A stretch of 54,874 nt of DNA from NCBI GenBank assembly GCA_964412975.1, contig CAYPQX010000110.1, forward strand, positions 1 to 54,874. Reading direction: 5' to 3'. Under the pieces are notes generated by a model that saw only the letters and a program-made list of their open reading frames with translations, searched no databases and had not been told where the DNA came from. The stretch is from an uncultured Steroidobacteraceae bacterium (GTDB lineage Bacteria > Pseudomonadota > Gammaproteobacteria > Steroidobacterales > Steroidobacteraceae). Within the stretch, counting starts at the first letter, position 1. Every line of letters starts with the position of its first letter. The translations under genes were made by a program, and so were the position numbers. This document shows positions 26,125-33,842 of this stretch, in pieces.

Positions 26125-28493
26125 AGGAAGTCTGGCTCGACGATCCGCTCGGCGAACGACGGCTATTGCCGTCCGACCTGCCGCTGACCGTCGGGGGGGC
26201 CGGCGCGGGCGTCGTGATTCCGGGATGCAAACCCGGCGAGATACGCGCGCGCATCGCGCTCTCCGCGCGCGGCCTCGAGGTGACGCCAGGCCCGGGTGCA
26301 GGCGCTGCCGCGCTCGATGGCGTGCAGATTGAACTCGACGACCGCGAGGGCCGGCCGGTGATCGTTGTTCGGCACGGCGGCGTCACGAACCTGACGCGCC
26401 CACCGCAGTTCGAAGGCCAACCCGCTGACGCTGCCGCTGCGCAGGACGACCGGCAGCCGATCGCGATCATCGAGTACGCGCCGCGCGCCGCCCCCAGCCC
26501 GCGATCCACGGCACCGCGGAACTGGACGCGCCCCGCGCTCTGGGCGGCGGTCGCACTCGTGGTGCTCGCGCTCGGCTATCTCTTCACGGCGACTTCCGTC
26601 GAGGTGACGACGAGTCCGGAGGCGGATCTGGACGACGTCGATTTCGCGGGCACGACCCTCGACTTCGGCTTTGCCGGCCGCTACATGGTGCCGCCCGGCC
26701 AGTACGTGCTCGCGGTAGAGGCCGAGGGATATTCCAGGGCGCTGCAGCCGGTCGAGGTGGGTCGCCAGTCCGGTCAGCGTTTCGTGGTCGCGCTCGAGCG
26801 GCTGCCGGGTCGGGTGGCATTCGACACCGGCGGGATTGCCGCGACGCTTGCCGTCGACGGCGCGCCGGTCGGCGCGCTGCCGGGCGAATACGAACTGCGC
26901 GCCGGCACACGCGAACTCGCAATCGTTGCGCCGCGCCACGCCGAGGAGCGGCTTCGCTTCGAGGTCGCGGGTGGCGGAGAGCGCCAGGAATTGAAAGTTA
27001 CCCTGAAACCCCAGTACGCGCGGATCACCGTGACGAGCGTCCCATCCGGCGCAACGGTTTGGGCTGACGACCGCGAGCTCGGGACGACGCCGCTCGAAGC
27101 GGAGCTCGATGCGGGCCGCTACACGCTTGCGATCCTGCATCCGGAATTTCGTCGCTTCGAAAGTCCGCTCACGGTGCGTGCAGGCGAACCGCTCACCGTC
27201 GGTCCGGTGGAGCTCGGCATGCCCGACGGGCGCCTGATCGTGCAGAGCCGGCCGGCGGGTGCGGACGTGAGCATTGGCGGGCGTTATCGTGGCCGTACGC
27301 CGCTCACGGTCGGCGTCGCGCCCGGCATGCCGCAGGATGTGTTGCTGACGCTCGCGGGCCACGCGCCGGTGACCCAGAGCGTGAGCGTTGAAAGTCGCGC
27401 TGAGCGGCGGCTCAGCGTTGACCTGACGCCGGTGCTCGGCGAAGTCCGCGTGAGCGGCGAGCCGGCCGATGCGATCCTCTATGTCGACGGCGCGTCACGC
27501 GGGCCCGCGAACCAGACGCTTTCACTGTCCACGGCACCGCATGTATTCGAGATCCGGAAGGCGGGGCTCGAGCCATTCCGTTCGACCGTCACGCCGCGCG
27601 AAGGACAGACGCAGGTCGTCGAATTCACCCTGCGCACGGCCGGCGAAGCGCGAATTGCCAGCATGCCGGCGACACGCACGACGTCCCTCGGGCAGCCACT
27701 CGTGCTCGTGAACGGCGGCCGGTTCACGATGGGCAGCGCGCGACGCGAAGCGGGACGCCGCTCCAACGAAACCGAACGGATGGTCGAATTGAAGCGGCCT
27801 TTCTACCTGGGACGCTTCCAAGTGACGAACCGCGAGTTCCGGGAGTTCCGGGCCGACCATTTGTCCGGTATCTTCAAGGACGAAACACTGGATCTCGAGC
27901 GCCAGCCGGTGACCCGCGTGACCTGGCAGGATGCCGCGGCGTTCTGCAACTGGCTTTCGGAGCGCGACAAGCTGCCGCCGGCCTATGCGCGCAAGGGCGA
28001 CCGGCTGGAGCTGATCGAGCCGGTGACGACCGGCTACCGATTGCCGACGGAAGCGGAGTGGGAGTTCGCGGCGCGCTTCGATGGAAGCCGCGCGACTCGC
28101 AAGTACCCCTGGGGCAACGACCTGCCGGTGCCGGCGCGCTCCGGCAACTGGGGCGATGCGACGGCGATCTACCTCACGCCGGTGACGATCTCTGGCTATG
28201 ACGACGGCTTCCGCGTCGCGGCGCCGGTCGGCAGTTTTCCGGCCAATCCGCTCGGCATCCACGACCTCGGCGGCAACGTGCTCGAGTGGACGACGGATCG
28301 CTACTCCATCTACGTCGTCGGTCCCGATCATCTTTCGACGGATCCCGCCGGTCCGCGCGCCGGCGAGAATTACGTGATTCGCGGCGCGGGCTGGCTCACC
28401 GGCAAGGTTCCGGAACTGCGCGTCGCCGCGCGTGATTCGGGCGCCTCCGGCCGTCCGGATCTCGGTTTCCGGATCGCGCGTTATGCGGAATAG
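26106..28493 (+). CDS. Membrane protein with a cytoplasmic N-domain, one TM helix, several PEGA repeats and a C-terminal FGE/SUMF1-like (non-catalytic) domain
   Basis: It overlaps the kinase stop by 19 nt. PEGA-like units include [44 protein letters not shown] and [22 protein letters not shown]-like motifs include [41 protein letters not shown] and GFRIAR. The Cys pair of true FGEs is absent. Confidence 0.85.
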   Translation: MRGTDLKEVWLDDPLGERRLLPSDLPLTVGGAGAGVVIPGCKPGEIRARIALSARGLEVTPGPGAGAAALDGVQIELDDREGRPVIVVRHGGVTNLTRPPQFEGQPADAAAAQDDRQPIAIIEYAPRAAPSPRSTAPRNWTRPALWAAVALVVLALGYLFTATSVEVTTSPEADLDDVDFAGTTLDFGFAGRYMVPPGQYVLAVEAEGYSRALQPVEVGRQSGQRFVVALERLPGRVAFDTGGIAATLAVDGAPVGALPGEYELRAGTRELAIVAPRHAEERLRFEVAGGGERQELKVTLKPQYARITVTSVPSGATVWADDRELGTTPLEAELDAGRYTLAILHPEFRRFESPLTVRAGEPLTVGPVELGMPDGRLIVQSRPAGADVSIGGRYRGRTPLTVGVAPGMPQDVLLTLAGHAPVTQSVSVESRAERRLSVDLTPVLGEVRVSGEPADAILYVDGASRGPANQTLSLSTAPHVFEIRKAGLEPFRSTVTPREGQTQVVEFTLRTAGEARIASMPATRTTSLGQPLVLVNGGRFTMGSARREAGRRSNETERMVELKRPFYLGRFQVTNREFREFRADHLSGIFKDETLDLERQPVTRVTWQDAAAFCNWLSERDKLPPAYARKGDRLELIEPVTTGYRLPTEAEWEFAARFDGSRATRKYPWGNDLPVPARSGNWGDATAIYLTPVTISGYDDGFRVAAPVGSFPANPLGIHDLGGNVLEWTTDRYSIYVVGPDHLSTDPAGPRAGENYVIRGAGWLTGKVPELRVAARDSGASGRPDLGFRIARYAE

Positions 28494-28497
28494 GCCA

Positions 28498-28818
28498 ATG
28501 GACATGAGGCTCCTGATCGGCATCGGCGCTTCATTGCTCGTGCTCGCGGCATTGGCCATCGAGCCGCCGAAGCCTGCGACGCCGCCCGCACGGGCGCCGC
28601 AGAACCGGGAGCCGGTCTCGACGCCGCCTTCCGCGCCGGCATCCGAAGCGCCGTCGCCTGAAGGGGCCGACACGGCCGCGGCGGAGGCGGAAGGCGAAGA
28701 AGAAACGCTGCCTCCGCTGCCGGCCGATGCTGCGCCTTCAGGGCCGCCGCCCGCACGATTCAATCCGACGGAAAAAGTCCGGGCGGACTTTCCCGTCTCG
28801 TTCCCGATCGATATCTGA
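28498..28818 (+). CDS. Small membrane-anchored Pro/Ala-rich protein
   Basis: The ATG lies 2 nt after the upstream stop (alternative ATG 28483). It has the TM helix MRLLIGIGASLLVLAALAI, a PxP-rich segment, and the C-terminal RFNPTEKVRADFPVSFPIDI. Confidence 0.55.
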   Translation: MDMRLLIGIGASLLVLAALAIEPPKPATPPARAPQNREPVSTPPSAPASEAPSPEGADTAAAEAEGEEETLPPLPADAAPSGPPPARFNPTEKVRADFPVSFPIDI

Positions 28819-28831
28819 GGACAACGACAAC

Positions 28832-29629
28832 ATGAAGAGCCGATATCCGAAGGAGTTCCTGTACAGCCTGGGCTCGCTGCTGGCCGCCGCAATCGTCATA
28901 CATACGATCTGGACCGCCTGGGTGCGTCCCAATGCGCAGGCCGTCCTGTCCGTCCAGTATGAAGCGATGCAAAAGGATCCAAATTTCGTTTCCGAAAGAT
29001 CGCTGTTCGTGGTCATGAAAGACTGGGAGCAGGAGAGTTGCGTCGTCTTGATGGTCTGGGCGCTCGCGATGATCGCCTTCAAGAACCGCATCACGCGGCG
29101 CGAACAGGACCTTCTGGACGGCGATCCCGTGCGCGTCCCGGAGGGGATGCGCATCCTGCCTGAGGACACGCGCGAGTACGTACGGCAGCTCGAATCGCTG
29201 CCGGGCGAGCAGCAGCAGTCCTTGATCGTGCGCGCTGCCAAGGCGGCGCTCGCGCGCTTCGGCGCGACCCGGAATGTCCAGGACGTCTCGGAGGCGGGTC
29301 ATGCGGTCTGCGCCGCCGAGGCGGAAAGGCTCGATTCGGAGCTGTCGATGCTCCGCTACATCGCCTGGGCGATACCGGCCATCGGCTTCATCGGCACCGT
29401 GCGCGGCATCGGCGACGCGCTCTCGCAGGCCCACAAGGCGGTGACCGGCGACATCTCGGGCGTCACGGAAGGCCTCGGCGTTGCGTTCAATTCGACGCTC
29501 GTCGCGCTGTTGCTTTCGCTCGTTCTGATGTTCCTGCTGCACCAGCTGCAGCTCGCGCAGGAGAGGCTCGTGCTCGACGCCGAAACCTACCTCGACAATC
29601 GCGTGTTGCGGAACCTGCAGGTCCGTTGA
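28832..29629 (+). CDS. MotA/TolQ/ExbB-family proton-channel protein
   Basis: It is trimmed to ATG 28832. It has an N-terminal TM helix, a cytoplasmic segment, and then the family signature AIPAIGFIGTVRGIGDALS...GVTEGLGVAFNSTLVALLLSLVLMF. Confidence 0.82.
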   Translation: MKSRYPKEFLYSLGSLLAAAIVIHTIWTAWVRPNAQAVLSVQYEAMQKDPNFVSERSLFVVMKDWEQESCVVLMVWALAMIAFKNRITRREQDLLDGDPVRVPEGMRILPEDTREYVRQLESLPGEQQQSLIVRAAKAALARFGATRNVQDVSEAGHAVCAAEAERLDSELSMLRYIAWAIPAIGFIGTVRGIGDALSQAHKAVTGDISGVTEGLGVAFNSTLVALLLSLVLMFLLHQLQLAQERLVLDAETYLDNRVLRNLQVR

Positions 29630-29630
29630 G

Positions 29631-30971
29631 ATGCCGTCGATCGGCATCGAAGTCGTCGATGCGGCCGTTACGGTTGTGCGGGACGGCGCACGCCTCGCGT
29701 CGAGCCCCGGCATCGCGCTCCTCGAGCCGGCAGGCGTAGTGGTCGGCGAGGCGGCAGCGGCTGCCGCGCGACTGCAGCCGGTGCTCGCAAGCGACCGGTT
29801 CTGGTCGGATCTCGCCCAGGAATCGCTGGCCGGGCCGCCGGATCGTGTGATGTCGCACGCGGATCTCGCTTACGCGCACCTGGCGGAACTCTGGCGCGCG
29901 ACCGCGCGCGAGGGTGATGCGGCAGCCTTCGCCGTGCCCGGCTCGATGCGCGTGCAGCAGGTCGGCCTGCTGCTTGGGATTGCGCGCGCCGCCGGCATCC
30001 CGGTGGCGGGCGCCGTGGATTCCGCCGTCGCCGCCTGTGCGGGACTCGCGGCGCGTGCGTCGGTGCTGCATCTCGACGTGCAATTGCACCAGACGGTGCT
30101 GACGGAATTGCAGGGCGCGACCGTGCTGCGCCGCCGCCGCGTGGAGTTCGCGCCGCGCGCGGGACTCAAGCCGATGTATTCCGCCTGGGCGCAGCTGGTG
30201 AGCGAAGCGATGGTGCGACGCACGCGCTTCGATCCGCTGCATCAGGCCGCGAGCGAGCAGCAGCTTTACCAGCGCTTGCCGGCCTGGCTCGGCGAGCTGG
30301 CGGGCCGGGACTCGCTCGACGTCGCGATCGAAACCGAAGCGGGATCGTTCGGCGCGACCCTCCGGCGTGAGCAGTTCACGCTGGCGGCGGAGGCCTGGTA
30401 CGCGCAGATCTCGGAGCTCGTGCGCGGCGGCCGTCGCGCCGACGAGTCGGCGACGCTCGTCATTTCGGCGCGCGCCGCGTCGCTGCCCGCGCTCGGCGAG
30501 CGCCTCGCGTCGCTGCCTGGACTCGAATTGCAGTCCCTGCCGGATACCGCGGCTGCGGCCTCGGCAGCCGCCCGCGCGGACGAGATCGGCCCCGGTGAAC
30601 CGCCCGCGCTCGTGACTGCACTCGCGCGGAGTCATCCGGTTGAAGGAGGCGACCGCCGCCGCGAAGTTGCGGCATCGGCGACCCACATCGTCCATGAAGG
30701 CCGGGCGTATGCGATCGACGACCGGCCGCTCGTGATCGGCCTGGGGCCGGGCGACGGACGGCGCATCGCGCTTGGAGGCGCGGGCGACGGCATCTCGCGC
30801 GCGCACTGCACGCTCATGCGTCGCGCGGGCCGCGCGGTCATCCGCGACCATAGCCGTTACGGGACCTTCGTGAATGGCGAGCGCGTGGAAGGCGAATCGG
30901 GCCTCGGCCCAGGCGACCGGCTCCGCGTCGGCACGCCGGGTGTCGTGTTCGAACTGGTGGCGGTCGGCTGA
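29631..30971 (+). CDS. Cytoplasmic protein with a C-terminal FHA domain and an unassigned ~330-aa N-terminal domain
   Basis: The FHA domain is RPLVIGLGPGDGRRIALGGAGDGISRAHCTLMRRAGRAVIRDHSRYGTFVNGERVEGESGLGPGDRLRVG. It starts 1 nt after the ExbB-like stop and overlaps the next gene start by 1 nt. Confidence 0.85.
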   Translation: MPSIGIEVVDAAVTVVRDGARLASSPGIALLEPAGVVVGEAAAAAARLQPVLASDRFWSDLAQESLAGPPDRVMSHADLAYAHLAELWRATAREGDAAAFAVPGSMRVQQVGLLLGIARAAGIPVAGAVDSAVAACAGLAARASVLHLDVQLHQTVLTELQGATVLRRRRVEFAPRAGLKPMYSAWAQLVSEAMVRRTRFDPLHQAASEQQLYQRLPAWLGELAGRDSLDVAIETEAGSFGATLRREQFTLAAEAWYAQISELVRGGRRADESATLVISARAASLPALGERLASLPGLELQSLPDTAAAASAAARADEIGPGEPPALVTALARSHPVEGGDRRREVAASATHIVHEGRAYAIDDRPLVIGLGPGDGRRIALGGAGDGISRAHCTLMRRAGRAVIRDHSRYGTFVNGERVEGESGLGPGDRLRVGTPGVVFELVAVG

Positions 30972-32053
30972 TGGCGCGGCGCAAGACACTCACGTACAGC
31001 ATGTCCTTCCTGGACGTGATCTCCTGCGGCTTCGGCGCGGTCGTGCTGTTCTACACGATCATCAGCGCGCAGGCCGGCCTGTACCGGATCAAGGAAAGCT
31101 CGGATCTTTCCGCGGAATCCCGCCGGCTCGAGCAGGAGGTGCTCGACGGATACAAGCACCTCGCGGAATTGCGCAATGCCCTCGAATCCACGGAAGACCG
31201 GACCGTCCGGGCCGCGGGCCTGTCGCGAGAGATGCTGGAAAAACTCCGCATGACGGAGGAGGAACTCGCGCGATACGAGCACGATACCCTTGCGCGCCGC
31301 GAAAGCCTTGAACGCCTGAAAGCCGACCTCAAGTCGCTCGAGGAAAGCACGCGGCGGCTGAAGGAAGCCGCGCCGCCGGAGTCCGGCGAGTCCAGGGTGC
31401 CGATCATCGACAAGCAGCAGCTAGTGACGCTTCGAATCGATGGCAGGCGCGTGCTGGTGCTGGTCGATTCGTCTGCCAGCATGCTCGACGAGACGCTCGT
31501 CAACATCATTCGCCTGCGTAACATGGCACCGGAGCGACGCATCGCTTCGAGCAAGTGGCGGCAGGCGGTCAACACGGTCGAGTGGGTCGCTTCGCGCCTG
31601 CCGGATACGACGCAATTCCAGATCTACGCCTTCGATACCGCGGCGCGCCCGTTGGTCGAAGGGAGCGCGGGCCGCTGGCTCAGCGTGAAGGACGCGGGGC
31701 AGATTGAGCTCGCATTGCAGGCCCTGCGCAGGACGGCGCCCACGGGCGGCTCGAGCCTGCAAAACGCCTTTGCCGTCATTAAGACCCTGAATCCTGCGCC
31801 GGACAATGTGATCCTGGTGACCGACGGGCTGCCGACGCAGGGCGCCAAGCCACCGCTCATGCGCACGCTCGTGACGATGGAACAGCGCGAGGACCTGATG
31901 CAGGACGCGATCAAGTCGCTGCCGCCATCGCCGCCCCCGTTCAGCACGGTTTTGCTGCCGATGGAGGGCGATCCTTCCGCGCCCATCTACTTCTGGCGCC
32001 TGGCCCGCTCCACTGGCGGCGGCTTCCTGAGCCCGGCGAAGGACTGGCCGTGA
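30971..32053 (+). CDS. TM (ExbD/TolR-like Asp helix) - coiled coil - vWA domain protein, paralog 1
   Basis: The N-terminus is MARRKTLTYSMSFLDVISCGFGAVVLF. A heptad-rich segment follows, then vWA MIDAS LVLVDSSASM and ...ILVTDGLPTQG. Confidence 0.85.
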   Translation: MARRKTLTYSMSFLDVISCGFGAVVLFYTIISAQAGLYRIKESSDLSAESRRLEQEVLDGYKHLAELRNALESTEDRTVRAAGLSREMLEKLRMTEEELARYEHDTLARRESLERLKADLKSLEESTRRLKEAAPPESGESRVPIIDKQQLVTLRIDGRRVLVLVDSSASMLDETLVNIIRLRNMAPERRIASSKWRQAVNTVEWVASRLPDTTQFQIYAFDTAARPLVEGSAGRWLSVKDAGQIELALQALRRTAPTGGSSLQNAFAVIKTLNPAPDNVILVTDGLPTQGAKPPLMRTLVTMEQREDLMQDAIKSLPPSPPPFSTVLLPMEGDPSAPIYFWRLARSTGGGFLSPAKDWP

Positions 32054-33069
32054 AACGCCGCACGCGACGCGATACCGAGACCTTCAGCATGTCGTTCCTC
32101 GACTGCATCTGCTGCGGATTCGGCGCGATCATCCTGTTGCTGGTACTGAACGAGGTCGGCCAGCCGATCCAGCTCGAGCAGGCCAAAGTAGACCTCGACG
32201 CACAGATCGTGAAGATGGAGAAGGAGATTTTCGATATTCGCGGGATGTCGATCGTGCTCGAGCGGGAACTGCGCGCGCGGATCGAGCAGTTGTCGGAAGA
32301 ACAGAAGCGTGTCGCCAGGCTGCGTGGCGACTTGTCCGAGATTTCCGGCAAGCACAAGGCAGGCACCGACGAGGAAGACGCGCTCAAGAAGCTCACGGAA
32401 ACGCTCACGAGCGCTCGCCGTGCGCTGATCGACGAGACACGGGAATTGCAGGCGAGCGGCCGCCAACAGATGTACAACCAGCCGGTCGCGGGCGTCCCGA
32501 TCGACAGCGAATACGTCATCTTCATCGTCGACACCTCGGGCTCCATGCAGTCGCAGAACTGGCGCTACGCGGAGCAGAAGCTCGGTGAGGTGCTGAACAT
32601 CTACCCGAAGCTCAAGGGAATCCAGGTGATGGATGACGAGGGCGGGTACATGTTCAGCGAATACCGCGGCAAGTGGATCCCGGACTCGCCGGCGCGGCGT
32701 CGGGCGATCCTGGACCGCTTCCGCAAGTGGCAGGCATTCTCGAATTCGAGTCCGTCCGAAGGGATCATCGCGGCGATCCGCACGTTCTGGACTCGCGACC
32801 ATCCGATCAGCATTTACGTGTTCGGCGACGAGTTCACCGGGCCGTCGATCCAGGAAGTCGTCGACACCGTCGACCGGATCAACCGCTCGGCCGGTACGGG
32901 CGAGCGCCTCGTCCGCATTCATTCGCTCGGGTTTCCGATTCCGGCCCAGTACCCGCAGCACACGAGCATGCGTTACGCGACGCTCATGCGCATACTGTCG
33001 GCGCGAAACGGCGGCGTGTTCGTCGGCCTTCCCGAAGGCAATAGTACCGCCTTGCGACGGAGCAATTGA
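32050..33069 (+). CDS. TM (ExbD/TolR-like Asp helix) - coiled coil - vWA domain protein, paralog 2
   Basis: The GTG start overlaps the previous stop (GTGA). The N-terminus is MKRRTRRDTETFSMSFLDCICCGFGAIILL. A coiled coil follows, then MIDAS IFIVDTSGSM. Confidence 0.85.
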   Translation: MKRRTRRDTETFSMSFLDCICCGFGAIILLLVLNEVGQPIQLEQAKVDLDAQIVKMEKEIFDIRGMSIVLERELRARIEQLSEEQKRVARLRGDLSEISGKHKAGTDEEDALKKLTETLTSARRALIDETRELQASGRQQMYNQPVAGVPIDSEYVIFIVDTSGSMQSQNWRYAEQKLGEVLNIYPKLKGIQVMDDEGGYMFSEYRGKWIPDSPARRRAILDRFRKWQAFSNSSPSEGIIAAIRTFWTRDHPISIYVFGDEFTGPSIQEVVDTVDRINRSAGTGERLVRIHSLGFPIPAQYPQHTSMRYATLMRILSARNGGVFVGLPEGNSTALRRSN

Positions 33070-33842
33070 TGAGACAAGCGAACATCCGCACGGCGGTCGC
33101 CGCCCTTTTTATCGCGCTGTTTTCGGGCTGCACGGCGACCCGCCTCACCACGGAGGCGCAGCTGCCGCCGCCGCTGATCGAGAAGCTGCCGATACGCGTT
33201 GGCGTCTACTACTCGAAGGAGTTCCAGGAGTACGTGCACCGCGAAACCCGCGGCAACATCGAGTACGAGATCGGCCTCGGGGCCGCGCACGTGACGAACA
33301 TCGACTGGCTGATGAAGGCGATGTTCACCGACGTGGTGCCGGTTGAGGACCCGACGAAGATCGCCGATAGCAATCCGCCGTTCGTCTTCGTACTCGAGCC
33401 GAAATTCGAGGAGTACTCTTTCCTGACGCCGAAGGACGTGGCCGGCGAAGCCTTCATCGTGACGATCCGCTATATGCTGACGCTCTACGACGGCGACGGC
33501 GCTCGCGTGGATTCTTTCACGCTCACCGGGTATGGGCGCGAGAAGGCGCGCACGCTCGCGAGCAAGGAACCACTTCAGGTCGCGACGCAGCGGGCGATGC
33601 GGGATGCGGGAGCCAAGGTCGCCGTCGAGTTGACCGAGCAGGAATCCGTGCGGCTCCTGATCCGCAATGCGGGCAGTTTTTCGCCGCTACCGCCTCCACC
33701 CCTGTATCCGCCGGCGGGCGAAGCGCCACCGGTTGAGGCGCCACCCGGCGCAGCACCGACGCTGGAACAGATGCCGGTGGGGGAACTTCCCGCCGAGGCG
33801 CCGCCTGAACCGGAGGCGCCGCCCTCAACTACCGGGGTCTGA
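33069..33842 (+). CDS. Hypothetical lipoprotein with a Pro-rich C-terminal tail
   Basis: ATG 33069 (or TTG 33066) overlaps the upstream stop. It has the lipobox ALFSGC and the tail PLPPPPLYPPAGEAPPVEAPPGAAP. Confidence 0.75.
   Translation: MRQANIRTAVAALFIALFSGCTATRLTTEAQLPPPLIEKLPIRVGVYYSKEFQEYVHRETRGNIEYEIGLGAAHVTNIDWLMKAMFTDVVPVEDPTKIADSNPPFVFVLEPKFEEYSFLTPKDVAGEAFIVTIRYMLTLYDGDGARVDSFTLTGYGREKARTLASKEPLQVATQRAMRDAGAKVAVELTEQESVRLLIRNAGSFSPLPPPPLYPPAGEAPPVEAPPGAAPTLEQMPVGELPAEAPPEPEAPPSTTGV

Noticed and set aside
29487-30989. A 500-aa minus-strand ORF, and similar long antisense ORFs (for example 8135-8734, 9425-10651, 12956-14053, 26163-27362, 27522-28892, 18704-19633)
   Set aside because: All lie opposite genes with strong family signatures (hutI, add, hutU/H, the FHA protein, the PEGA-FGE protein, the MFS transporter). 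They encode Arg/Ala/Pro-rich low-information polypeptides, so they are GC-content artefacts.
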